A stretch of 64,000 nt of DNA from Amoebidium appalachense (GCA_963693365.1 CAVNZM010000002.1:7904454-7968453), one strand, 5' to 3'. Positions 13,343 to 37,633 are shown, counted from the stretch's first letter. The notes: a model not told the origin generated them from the sequence alone. Translations and numbers: made by a program.

Positions 13343-13758
13343 TCCTTTCTTTCTTTCTTTTTTTTTTTTTTTGGCGCGGGGGGGGGGGGGGGGGGGGGAG
13401 GGGGCTGGGAGAGGGGGGCCAGGGGGGAGATGACGAACGGGGAGAAACCAACCGGGTCTTCAAGATCATTTTCGATTATTGCCTTTGGGCTAACCAACCC
13501 ACTTACAACACATGGAGTGTTAGCTACATAAGATACGCATATTGCTCTGTTGGCATTAGTCGCACTGCTATATGGAGGAAGGCAAGTTGCTTCACATATT
13601 CCTTAAAACATCTGCTATGCAAGCTATAGTGGTTGGCTGATTAGGAGTCATCATACGAACAACTGAAACCAGATTAACCGTTAACACCCTTGGGTTCATT
13701 ATCATCGTATGCCTAATCTGTATTTTAGACACGTTTATCCCAGACCTTATAAATGCGT

Positions 13759-13834
<76 letters not shown>

Positions 13835-14407
13835 AAGTGTGGAGAGAATGCCACACTTAAACACACACACAAAGAAGAAGAAAGAAAGAAAACAGAATAA
13901 TGAAGGAATGAGAGACGGGGAGAAATTTACCGAGTTTCTTTCATGCTCATACTATTCTTCGAGAAACTTCTACTTGCATACGGATGTATGTCTGTGTGTG
14001 TGCGTAATGACATTGCCTGTGTCGATATCTGTGGACGTGAGTGTGAGTGTGAGAGTGTGAGTGTGTTGTGTGTGCGTGCCAGATACGTGTGTGGTGCGTG
14101 CGCTGTGCTTCTGTTTTTTTTTTTTTATGTGTGTATGTGTGTGTGTCGTGTGTGACGTGTGTGTGTATGTGTGCGTGTGTGCACGCACGCGTGTGCGCAC
14201 GGGTGTGCATGTGTATGTGAATGTTTGTGCGCGTCCGTGTGCACTTGATCGGACACTATATCCAGTAGTACTTAAGACCCAATAACATCAATGAGAATCA
14301 CGGTTTTTCATAACAATCTTGACCCCCATTGCAACTATCCACCACCACATTTATCTCCACTCAAGAAAACCAACCAAAACCTTAAAACTTTCGTACCTTT
14401 GCACCCT

Positions 14408-15776
14408 TTAGTCCGTATGGCTCCCACTAGCTTCCTCCCCATCTCCATCATCATCACTATCCCCCTCATCCTGTGACGCCAACTTCATGTGTTCACGATA
14501 ATAGCTCCGCGCCGAATTTATCCCGTGGTTCGCTTGCATGTGATGAAACAGTGCTGTGTCCGTTGTATATCTCTTATCGCACCCTTCGAATATGCATATG
14601 TAATGCCGCACAGTGTCGTAATTGTGCGCACGCAATCTGATTTTCCTTCCGTTTCGGTATCTCGACAGCCCGGTACGAATGGGCGGGTAACCGGGCGGGA
14701 GTGGGGGGTAAGCAGCCGGGGGCATGTAAGGGGGCCCCACCCCCACGGGTGTGGATAGAACATCGGGTGGTGGATGGTAGTAGATTGGGTCTGGTACGGC
14801 TTGTGAAGAAATGTGCGACAGAAGTTCCAAACCGTGCGCGTGGATGGGTGGATGCTGTAGTTGGGGCGGTGGCGGAGGTGGTGGGGGTAGTGGAGCGGGT
14901 GCGGGTGGGGGTGGGAGTGGTGGGGGTGGGGGGTGGTGTAAGGGGACCGGGGGTACAACTGCCGCTATTCCCACTGGGACGGGAAGAGGGTAGTGTGGTG
15001 GTGGTGGGGTCGGTGGTTTCGGTTCGGGTTCGGGAGGGTTGGGCATGGGAATGACCGGTGCGGGTGCCGGGGTAGAGGGTACCGGAAGTGGGTTTTTTGG
15101 TTGGTCGGTGGTGGAGGGAACCTTAACTTTCTTGTGTTTTTTCTTGACGTGGCCTTTCTTCTTTTCCTTCTTTCCTTCCTTATTCTCTGGATCTTTGTCT
15201 TTGTTGTTGTTGTCAAGGACCTGAACCTTACTCCGAAGATAGTCTCGGTATACACTCCTTGCGTGCTCGATGTGGTGGTTTATTTTCATGTGATGAAACA
15301 GCGCTGTGTCGGTCGTGTATTTTTTGGGGCAACCGGGTGCTATGCAGTAAAACTTTCGCATGTGCTCGTACGCGCTCGAACTAACCCGTGCTCTCCTGTT
15401 GTTTCTATACCGTGGCGAAATACCATACAACGTCCCTCTCCCATCCTCCTTGTTTTCAACCTCGGGTCCCTCACTCGCACTTTCCCCTCCCTCTCCATTC
15501 TCTTCACCAGACTGCTTCTTATCCCCCCCCCTTTTGATTCCCACCGTAGAACCTCTGTCTTTGCAACTGCAACAATGTAGCTTCGGCAATGTTTTCCAAG
15601 TCCATCAAGTCGCCGTCGCTCTTTGGTGCATTTCCACCTGCACGACTTGAAACACGTCCAGAAACATGAGAACTGTCATCTTCACCACTCGAATCTGAGT
15701 AGTGTTCTGTTGTGTGTCTGCGTGGGGAGGGTGCGGAGGAGGTCGTGTCTCCGCTATCATCCCCAGATGTGCTCAT
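14408..15776 (-). CDS. Intronless Pro-rich protein with two widely spaced C2H2 zinc fingers; apparent 1-nt frameshift in a G9 run at 15523-15531
   Basis: Fingers are FYCIAPGCPKKYTTDTALFHHMKINH and YICIFEGCDKRYTTDTALFHHMQANH. The upstream ATG ORF 15519-15776 (MSTSGDD...NQKGG) joins ORF 14408-15589 (DKKQSGEE...) if the run is G8 rather than G9. Confidence 0.8.
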
Positions 15777-16259
15777 TGTATCAGCAGTGTGTGGAATAAC
15801 AGAGAATGCGAAGATTCACTATAATAAATAAAAATGATTACATCAGAACCACCAACTTGGGTACTTTCCTACCAGTTTACAACCAAGCAAAAAAAGCCAA
15901 AAAAAAAGCCAAAAAAAAAAAAAAAAAAAAAAAAAAAACAAAAAAAAAAAAACAAAAAAAAAAAAACCTCACAATGCCACTCTTATGGTGCTCAAAAACA
16001 GCGTTGAAAAGCGGGCATCATGGCCACTTTTTTTTTTCCCTTCACATCACTGCGATGTTCTCGGAGAGTTCAAAAACAACTGAGTTTCGTTCGTGGTTGC
16101 TATGATCATCAGGGTAGCCTGTTGCAGATCTTGAGGAGAGCAATAGATTCATTTATTCTATTTGGCCTAAAAATAGATATTTACGCAAAACCTCACATAT
16201 TTGCATTTTATTCGTTGGCCCACTAGATCTGGCCCACTCGTCCCCCCGGATCAGATATA

Positions 16260-16804
16260 CAGTGTGGACTGGATATGGGCGCCACTGGATATGGGCACAT
16301 CTGGATATGGGCACAACTAACGGCCGACCCGGCCCGATTAAGTCAAATCATTCTGCAACGTGTACGTTCCATTCGTTTCGGTTTGTCTTCACTTCTCGTT
16401 TCGTATCACTGTGTTTGGTGCTCTTTTCAAAGTTTCACTGGAGTCAAAGTTTTTAAGTAACTGTAACACGGGATACGTATGTATACACCTTTCACCACCT
16501 ACTTCCTTTACTCCTTACCTTTTTACCTCTTTATCCCTTATTCCTCCTCATTCTCCTCCTGGTTCTCACTGGTGCAGTACAGTGTAGTTAGAATGGCGTA
16601 CTCTAAAGCGTCTAAGATCAGGTATGAGAGCCAGCGCGCCAAGTTGGGAGCGCGCCAAAAGCAAAATGCACGCATCCGATTGGTTGACCCGAAGCTGACC
16701 CGAATATCCGGATCGGGTCAAAATCCGGCCCCAATTAACCTAATCGGGTCGGGTCGGCCGCGAGAGGTGCCCATATCCAGATGTGCCATATCCAGTCCAC
16801 ACTG
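16260..16804. mobile_element. 545 bp non-autonomous TIR element, TA target duplication (Tc1/mariner-like)
   Basis: ta|CAGTGTGGACTGGATATGG ... CCATATCCAGTCCACACTG|ta (19-bp perfect TIR). Subterminal tggatatgg(g)c motif occurs x3 on the left and x2 inverted on the right. Inner inverted pair cggccgacccg(g/a)cccgatta. Confidence 0.92.
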
Positions 16805-17069
16805 TATATCCGTTTTAAAATGACTATCCTGGATCACCTTACTGGACAGTATGATATTGTGATACGGTGTCTTAACTTTCTTTCGGAGCTACCGATGCTA
16901 GCCTCTGCTTACCCATAATATGTAATAGGGGTGTCGTATACTACAATGGCGAGCAAGTACGTATGTCACTAGCTGCATTTGATTGGCCGCGCTTAAAAAC
17001 GCAGTAGGCCGTCGAGTGTGACTGGGCCCCCGACAGTGTCCATGCAATAAAAAGTGTGTAAACCCCATA
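16805..17069. repeat. ~270 bp dispersed repeat, copy A (copy B at 47196-47478)
   Basis: Collinear from tatatccgtttta through cggagctaccgatgctagc.tctgcttacccataatatgtaataggggtgtc to gcaataaaaagtgtgtaaaccccata. Confidence 0.9.
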
Positions 17070-17240
17070 CTCAACTAGGGGGATTTTATTCATCTTCGCC
17101 CCGGATGGATCTGGATAGATCTGTGGTTTGTGGATTTAGTGAGAGGCATCAGGCTGCTTGTCTCAGTATTCAATTAGCAGTGACACACACAGGCACACAG
17201 GCCCCAAGCCACACAGGCACACGCACACAAGCACACACAC

Positions 17241-17304
<64 letters not shown>

Positions 17305-17337
17305 CGTGACACACACACACACACGCGCGTACGCGCG

Positions 17338-17369
<32 letters not shown>

Positions 17370-17392
17370 TGTACACACACGCACATGTACAC

Positions 17393-17433
<41 letters not shown>

Positions 17434-17448
17434 CACACACGCACATGC

Positions 17449-17547
<99 letters not shown>

Positions 17548-18319
17548 CACGCACGCACACAAACACACGCATACAAACAAATGCCGCAAACCATTTCTGC
17601 TGTACTAGCCTACTGGCCCTTAGGACTAGAGGAGCTACGGCCGCGGTAGTCAACTATAGTCCGGCCGGTTGTTATGGGCGCGCCCATATGGCTTGACGTA
17701 CTTGCACCTGCATACCATGGGCCAAGGGACAATCTAAAGACACTTGCAGCTATTATTAGAAAGGGGGCTGGATGGCCACAGCATTATCAAGCCTAGGATG
17801 CTCTTTGGACTCCACCACCAAAAAAAAAAAAAAAAAAATTATTGCACGATTGCCCACCCGCAGCCACACCCGCATGCAGCACCTGCCAACATCTGCACAT
17901 GGGCGGGGCTATCAAGTTCCGGCCTGTACATGTGTACGTCGCCGCGTCATCGTTTAACTCATGGTGTACATGTACAGATAGATTTTTCCTGTTTAGAAAT
18001 TACCATTTTATCGCTCTGAGCTTGTAACCGGTACCCTCTACCCGCACACACATGAACCTGAACCCAGTGGCTCGGCTACGCCGCACATTACACAACAAAC
18101 CATTTTTTTTTAGGCCTTTATTGCCAAACTTTGAGCAAGCAAGAACATGCAGATGTCTCAGAACTTGAAGATAAGCAAGCAATAAGAACGACTTTCGGAC
18201 CCTTTCTTTCTTTTATAATCACGAAACATGTGCAATAACTTTTGATGGCAGTATTTTTATTGGTTCGTTCATTATATAGCACTTCATTTCGGTAGGCGGT
18301 TAACCAATAGACTCCCCCC

Positions 18320-18350
<31 letters not shown>

Positions 18351-19516
18351 AAAAAAAAAAAAAGGGTGCGAGTCAAATTTCACCGCGGTCGTGTCATGCT
18401 TCTATACTTCGAAAACCAATTGCATATCCCAGTTTTATGCACGGTATTGCAGGTTCGGTATGTGCAGAATCTGACAGAGTTTGCGTGTTGATTGGACAAA
18501 TATCAGTCCTAGTCCACAGTTCGGTCAGAAATGTGAATCCCCCCCCCACCCACCCCACCCCCCCAACCTTCCCCCCCACCCCAACAAGAAAAAAAAAAAA
18601 GAAAAAAAGAAAAAGAAAGAAAGAAAGAAAGAGAGAAAGAAAAGAAACAAACAAACAAACAAATAAACAAACAAACAACCCCCCCCCCCCCCCCCCCCTT
18701 CCCCCCACCCCCCAAAAAAGAGTCATTCACCACATTCGTTAATATTAATGATTCGTTCCTGTACTCCGCGGCCGTTTTGCACAGCGTAATATTAGTATTA
18801 TTAGCCCAGTGCACGAATTATCGTGGTTACGTTAAGAGTCCGTACAGGTTTGTTGATTGGGCAAATATCAAATAACTCACAATGGGGTCAGGAATGTGAT
18901 CATATCCAGGTGCTCGGGTGTTGGTGTGGGAATGGGCTCCATACAGACACACATCCTCGCATCCATGGAAGGCACACGAAACCTGAAAATTGGGACATTG
19001 TTAAAGTGGGTTTCTTTTAGGTCGATTTATGGTCACCGCGTTTTGGTCCCTGGGTCAGGCCAAATCCCGTTTGATGCGCACCAAGCCGATCATAATGCAT
19101 TTATCACACCTGCGTCCGACCCGACCCAGAGACCTATGAGAAAACCCATTTAATGCGAAAATGTTCCTTGTACGCAGGATGCAGATATTCTGGTTACATA
19201 GGTGTGTAGGTAGGCATGCAGGCATGCACACACAAATAGCATGACAAGCACACATGTATACATGCACACAAAAGCACACATGCAGACACACACAGGTGCG
19301 CGCGCGCACACACACACATACGTACAGGAATACATCTACACACACATACACATGCATACATGAACACATGCATATCGCGCCGCAGACTGTTTAACACAGG
19401 CAGCCCCTTTTTTCAAGGTGAAAACATACATGCACATAAAAAAAAGATAACGGAAACAGTGCACCGAGAAATTTCGGGAATAAAACAAACAAACAAAAAC
19501 AAAAGCAGAAACACAC

Positions 19517-19680
<164 letters not shown>

Positions 19681-19710
19681 AAAAAAAAAAATACCGAGGT
19701 CACTCACCTG

Positions 19711-25491
<5,781 letters not shown>

Positions 25492-25507
25492 GTGGCTGTG
25501 GCTGTGG

Positions 25508-25556
<49 letters not shown>

Positions 25557-25557
25557 G

Positions 25558-25630
<73 letters not shown>

Positions 25631-25831
25631 CACGGGTGCCGTGTGATTGCGTGTGCCTGTTTGTCTGCGTGTGTGGGGGGGAGAGGGGGAGGAGGGGGGG
25701 AGGGGGACGAGCCAAGGCAGACGAGGTTACGAAAAGATTGTGTGGCTTGCTCTTTGTGGCATTGTAAGGCACCATGCAACCCAAATGAAGGGGAAACACT
25801 TGGAATACCAGAGTACACATACCATCTCAGA

Positions 25832-26198
25832 ACACACATACTATATCCGCACATACAAACCATATAATCAAGCACACAACCATAAAAGGAAACAGACATA
25901 TCTTAATCAGGACACACATACTATATCCGCATATACAAACCATATAATCAAGCACACAATCATAAAAGGAAACAGACAAGTCTTCATCAGGACACCCGCC
26001 ACACAGGGACACACATACAATTGTCATGGACATATCGGTAACCGTTTTGATCATGAAACATATCACTCTCGCAGCACATGTACCATCTTAGGAAACTACG
26101 AAACAAATAAGGAAGCACCTTCCATATAAGGAAACACACATACCATAAAAGGAAAACACACATACCATTCTAAAAGGAAAACACACATACCATTCTGA
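25832..26198. repeat. Minisatellite: 80-bp unit x2 (25832-25994) followed by ~24-27 bp unit x3 (26128-26198)
   Basis: acacacatactatatccgca.atacaaaccatataatcaagcacacaa.cataaaaggaaacagaca occurs twice; aaggaaa(a)cacacataccat occurs three times. Confidence 0.85.
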
Positions 26199-26756
26199 AT
26201 GAGGTCCATTGAGCCATAATTGTACTCTTTCCCTTTTCCAGCCACGACTTGGACATCGAAGGCTGCTCCCCAGTCCGGCTAAATATAGAAAGAAACCACA
26301 ATTAGAATGTTTCTGCATCCTCCCCCCCCCCCCCCCCCCCCCCCCCCTCCTCTCCCCCCATCCACCCCCCCCCCCCCTTTCCAACCCCCCCTCCCCCCCT
26401 CCCCCTCCCCCCCCAAGTTTTTCTTTCTGATATCCCAACTTAATCTCGAGAACCCTGCCTAGCCTCAGTAACCTGTCCCCCCACTGCCCACCAAACAACT
26501 ACTCAACTAAGCATACTGACACTACTAGTGTCTACGACGACACTTCTTTAATTTTTCTGTTAAAGGCATGCCGTAAAAATTAAAGAAACGGAGATTGTAC
26601 CATACATATAGGCAAAGACACTCATATACTCTTACGTCATTTTAATGTGTAATTGACGTCATATTGAGGTCATGCTACGAAAATGCAATATAGTTTAAAC
26701 CCGCAGAAGCATGGAGAGACTGGCCAGGTTAGTCTTGGATAGGTACAGCACCGGTG

Positions 26757-26823
<67 letters not shown>

Positions 26824-27217
26824 TGTGTGTGCATGCGCGGGCGCGTGTGTCTCTCCCTCCCCCCTCTCTCTCTTTCTGTGTGTGTGTGTGTGCGTGTGTG
26901 TGTGTGTGTGTGCGTGTGTGTGTGGGAAGGGGGGAGGGAGGTTGCGGGCACATGCCATGTTGCGAATGCATGTTTGAGCATATATTTCTCAAAACCATCA
27001 GGATGAGATCTTACGTCTGTGGACTTTTATTCCTTTAGGGGGTTCCCGTATCAATATTGATGCCGGGAGAAGAGGAAATGGGGGCTAAAGTTGCGCTGTA
27101 TGTACGCATGTGTGCATGTGTGTCCGTTATGGTAGTGTGTGTGTGTGTGTGTGTGTGTGTGCGGGTGTGCATGTGTGTGTGTGTTGTGGTGGTGTGTGTG
27201 TGTGTGTGTTGTGGTGG

Positions 27218-27248
<31 letters not shown>

Positions 27249-27322
27249 TGTGTCTTGGGTATGGAGGGAGGGAGGAAGCACGGGTCCAAACGGGGAGGGG
27301 GAGGGGCTTTGGTCACGCCTAC

Positions 27323-32770
<5,448 letters not shown>

Positions 32771-34877
32771 TTTTCAGCTCTCAGCGTTTTTGAAGATGCT
32801 ATGTGCATAACGCCGCCATAGAGCCTCACTGTTCTAAGATTTGTTTGTGGCAAAACCGTTTTGCTCCTTTCAAGGCAGCAGCATAACGATTCCTGCTTAC
32901 AGCCTTTCTTTTTATGTGTGGTGATATGTGAAGGGATTAGACCCGCATATGAAGAATGGGTATTCCTCAGTTAACATCACTTGCTTCTTTGCTGCTATGC
33001 TTTCCCACTGATCATGAGAGTCAAGCCGAATGCCTGGGCATTCCTTACATCCCTGTTATCGATGCAAAAACTTCTTCAAGATATAACAGATATACATATC
33101 CACACACGTCTATTTCATTCGTGTAAAATTGCGTTTGTTAGCTCATGTTATCAGGTGCACTGTGCTGGCACTCTAATAATAACGGGTGAAGCCGTCCACT
33201 CTCACTGATGACAACGGCCGAAAGTTCTTCTAGGGGGACTCATTCGCACCAGATAGCGTTCTCTGATTGGTGAAAACTGCATCGCTCCAAAAAGTGTCGG
33301 ACATCGTAGGTTGACCCCTCTAAATCCAGGGGGTTGCGATTGCGCTACGGACATGATAGTTACAGTTTTGGATAGCTCTCGTCACAGGCATCACGGGGAT
33401 ATAAGTTTTTTGGCGATACCTTTATTATGAAGAAGTGATGACGTCACAAGCCCCCTAAAAGCCCCCAAAAAGACGTCATTACTGCGTCACTGTTGCTATA
33501 AATAATAACGCATGGTTTCTAACTGCCATATATGGTAGTTCCGCGAAAGTTTGAAAACTTTACATTTTCAGACCGTGCTGCTGCACATTACAATGTGTGA
33601 CAATAGACATGTGTATGAGAAGAAAGACCACGTGGAAAATGCAGTCTTTAGGTTTTTATGAGACCCAACCCTTCAAGGCTGTATACGGCACGGCCCGGAT
33701 TCTTGGGCTGCAGTTCGATCCTGGCGGCCGTGACTGAAATTATTCTTTTCAAAAAAAAAAATTCCGTCCAAGAATATCACACGACGGCTCTCGTCGAGAT
33801 ATGTCGATTGCACTAAGAAACGTAAAGTTTATACGTGGATATTCGAGAAACACGCTTGCAAAAATCGATGACGTCACATGCCCCCTAAATGGTCCGAAAA
33901 TTTCTCAATGAGAAAAAAATTTGCAGTTCAAAGTTTATTTTTTTTCACGTTTCGAGACGTCGGTTTGTAGCCCTTGATGGGACGCATCGAAAAATGTGCC
34001 GTTTACCCCGAATTGGCTAACACGTACTGACGTGTTGCCGCACGTGCGACGTTATACATCTACTCAGGCGGCCCCTTTTAAGAGAAAAAAAAAAAAAAAA
34101 AAAAAAAAAAGGAAAGGAGACACCGCCTCAGTAGGTGGTAGCCGAATTGGACAGACTGCAGGTAGGTTATTGGATCGCGTAATTTATAAGATCTATTTTT
34201 CCGGATGGGTCATTCTACGATGTCAGACACCATATAACGGTCAACACATCGCAGCCTGCAGGTCCGCAGTGGGCCAGCAATAGCTATTGTAGTACTAGTG
34301 GTAACCGAGCCCGCATTATATGACAATGAGTGGAATAAAGCTCTAGAGCTGCTTCATTGCAGCTATTATACGTGTAGCTATTAAAGGCCTAATAGCCCAC
34401 GTTTTTCTCTGCTACTGCCTGCAGAGCATGCGCACCTTCCCCGCCGGCCGCACCTGCACCATCGAGTACAGGGAGACATCAAGGATGCTTCATAAGGCTT
34501 CGGCGAAGCCCGCTGGCTGAAAAAACCTTTCCTCTGAACCGGAGACTCACTTACATCATATATTTAAATCTTGAACCCTGCGCAAATAAAAAGTGTTCAA
34601 AAATGCACACACGTACGATGTACGTGCATACTGTAGGCGTAGACTGTCAGACTCGAGTATGTATGCGGCACATATTTGCGGAATCAGCCCACACATTCAA
34701 GCGAAGGATCTTGGCGGGTCCTCAAGTGGGTATTCAGTGACTCACACTCGTACAGCCAAACTGTCAACGTTCATACGCATGTGTGGCGCCAAACGCACAC
34801 GTACAGCCACCAATACTTGCTAAGGTGCTTGATTGAAGCTCGTTCCTCTCTCCAGTTCCTTCCGCCCCCTCACCCCC

Positions 34878-34908
<31 letters not shown>

Positions 34909-35240
34909 AAAAAAAAAAAAAAAAACCCTCTACTGCACACACACACACAAGCACATAGACGGAGAGAGGCAGGGGTGAGGGACAGATGGAAAGGAGGGAG
35001 AGAGAGAGAAAGAGAGGGAGGGGGGTGGGAGAGGGGGGGAAGGAGGGGGTAGAGGAGGGGGGGGGAAGGGAGTAGCTACGGGAGGAAGGGAGGGAGGGAG
35101 AAAGGGAGGAAGGGAGGGAGGGAGGGCCGGAGAGGGAGGCCTGTAGAGAGAGAGACAGAGGGAGAGAGAGGGAGAGGGAGAGGGAGGGAGGGAGGGAGGG
35201 AGGGAGAGAGGGAGGGAGAGAGAGCGAGAGAGGGGGGGGA

Positions 35241-35422
<182 letters not shown>

Positions 35423-35498
35423 AGGGCGTTTTGGTGGCGTGGAGAAGTGAGTGGAGGGGTTGAGGGTTGGGGGTTTTCGCCCACTTTTGGGGCGCCCA

Positions 35499-35531
<33 letters not shown>

Positions 35532-36321
35532 TCCCCCCGCCCACCCGGGGGACGCCGCCTGCACAACCACGGGTAAATGCGCCTGTGAAGGGTAGACGTT
35601 TTATAACGGAATAATAAATCTCACCTACCTCACAAAAGATACAATATTCACATATTTTTGACAGCCCAATTTTTTAATTTTTTTTTCAAGTTTTTTTTTG
35701 TACCGGGTAGCACGGTGAATCCCGTGACGTTAGGTCGAGTCGAGTGAATGGTGGCTCACCAGTACCATATAAGGTAATGTAAACGAAAGGTCAGCCAATA
35801 GAATGGACGCTTCGCATGCGCAAAAGTAGCAACACTCCCCCTTGATATATACATGCAGGGGCTCTTTGCAACATGATAATATTTTTGCTGCTGTAGAAAC
35901 AAAAAGTGACAATTGTTTTCTTGTAACAATATAAACCAATTATACTGCATTAATGGCTGTTATTCTTTGAGCCTAGCCTCTAGGTTTAGGTAGGCTACTA
36001 GGCTCTTTTCTAACTCGATTTAAAAGGATTTCTTAATTTGCATGGGGTCTTTTCGTGAGGGGCAAGAGAGTCAGGGGGCGGGACAGTGAAAGGTTGGAAA
36101 AGCCTTCGTGGTTTTGGCCCATCTCAGTCCTAGGCTGTCCCACCCTCTCCCACCGTCACCGCTCCGTATGGCTGAGTCACGAGTGCAGGTTGTAAGCTAG
36201 AAGCTGGAGAAGAAAACGTATATTAGTTGTATTGTAATCAGTTACCACCACAACAACCAACAACCCTTATTCTCCCAACCACAACGCATAGAGTTCTTTA
36301 TTCAGTCGCTCCCTCTCTACC

Positions 36322-37251
36322 ATGGCCACCACACAAGAGCCCACTTCCTCCCCCCTGGCAGACCTCTTTCCTGGGTGGGAAACACGCGACATTGCCACCC
36401 CCAACAACGGTTCCATACACGCACGCATAGGCGGGGGTGGTCCCCCCCTCGTCCTAGTTCACGGGTTTCCACAAACACACGCACAGTGGCACAAGATAGC
36501 CCCATTCTTAGCCAAAACACACACGGTGGTAGCATTGGATCTCCGTGGGTATGGGCACTCGCACGCACCCAAAGGGGATGGGGGAAAACACACGTACACA
36601 AAGAGGGAGATGGCGCGCGAGGTAGTGCATGTTATGCAAGAGTTAGGGTATGATCAGTTCACCTATGTCGGTCACGATCGTGGTGCACGTGTCGGGTATC
36701 GTCTCGCTTTGGACCACCCGTCCAGACTCAACAGGTTGGTTCTCATCGACATCATCCCTACGGTTTCCATGTGGGATGGAATTAATGCCAACCGCTCCAT
36801 TCAAGTCTACCACTGGACATTCCTAGCCCAACCATCACCTATGCCCGAGACACTCCTGCAAGGAAACCCCATCTACTGGCTCGAACATACTCTTGCGTCC
36901 TGGACGAAGGCGAAAACGACAGAGTCTTTTGACCCCCGTGCTATGGAACATTACCGCGACTCATTCACCCAGCCTGAGCGCATACACGCCTTGTGCGAAG
37001 ATTACCGTGCGGGGGCATTCACAGATGTTGAATACGATCGTCTAGACATTGCCGCTGGGAACAAGATTTCCTGCCCAACGTTTGTGATTTGGGGTGCAGC
37101 GGGTATTCCTGCTGCCGGGGCAAGTCCGTTGGATATTTGGAGAAGTACTTTTGCACCGAATGCGGAGGGGGAGGCGGTGGATGCGGGCCACTTTGTGCCG
37201 GAGGAAAACCCTGAGGCTACGGTCGAGGCACTGAGAAGGTTTTTGGTTTGA
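36322..37251 (+). CDS. dehH1: Fluoroacetate/haloacetate dehalogenase (alpha/beta-hydrolase fold, DehH1/RPA1163 type), intronless
   Basis: 309 aa. Motifs: HGFPQT oxyanion motif; GHDRGARV (Asp nucleophile plus two Arg); IDIIPT (acid Asp); YHWTFLAQP and CEDYRAG (halide pocket His/Trp/Tyr); GHFVPEE (His base). The N-terminus LADLFPG is as in the Rhodopseudomonas enzyme as recalled. Confidence 0.95.
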   Translation: MATTQEPTSSPLADLFPGWETRDIATPNNGSIHARIGGGGPPLVLVHGFPQTHAQWHKIAPFLAKTHTVVALDLRGYGHSHAPKGDGGKHTYTKREMAREVVHVMQELGYDQFTYVGHDRGARVGYRLALDHPSRLNRLVLIDIIPTVSMWDGINANRSIQVYHWTFLAQPSPMPETLLQGNPIYWLEHTLASWTKAKTTESFDPRAMEHYRDSFTQPERIHALCEDYRAGAFTDVEYDRLDIAAGNKISCPTFVIWGAAGIPAAGASPLDIWRSTFAPNAEGEAVDAGHFVPEENPEATVEALRRFLV

Positions 37252-37434
37252 GGTGGTAGTTTGGTTGTTTGTTGTAGTGTTGATCGTTTTATCTTTGTAA
37301 CTTATTGATCGAAATTGAGGTGGGTGGGCTGGGGGGGTGAGGGGAAGGGGGGGGTTGGGGGGAGGGGGGAGGGAGGGGAGGGGGCTCCTCTCTCCCTATC
37401 TCTCTCTCTCTCTCTCTCTCGATCTCTCGATCTT

Positions 37435-37576
<142 letters not shown>

Positions 37577-37593
37577 CCTCTCTCTCTCCTCGA

Positions 37594-37633
<40 letters not shown>

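Noticed and set aside
25832-26198. CRISPR-like repeat array
   Set aside because: The units are contiguous tandem repeats without unique spacers, in a eukaryotic context with no cas genes.
33688-33733. tRNA/SINE-like fragment (cacggcc...gttcgatcc...ggccgtg)
   Set aside because: B-box-like word and short stem only; no cloverleaf or A box.
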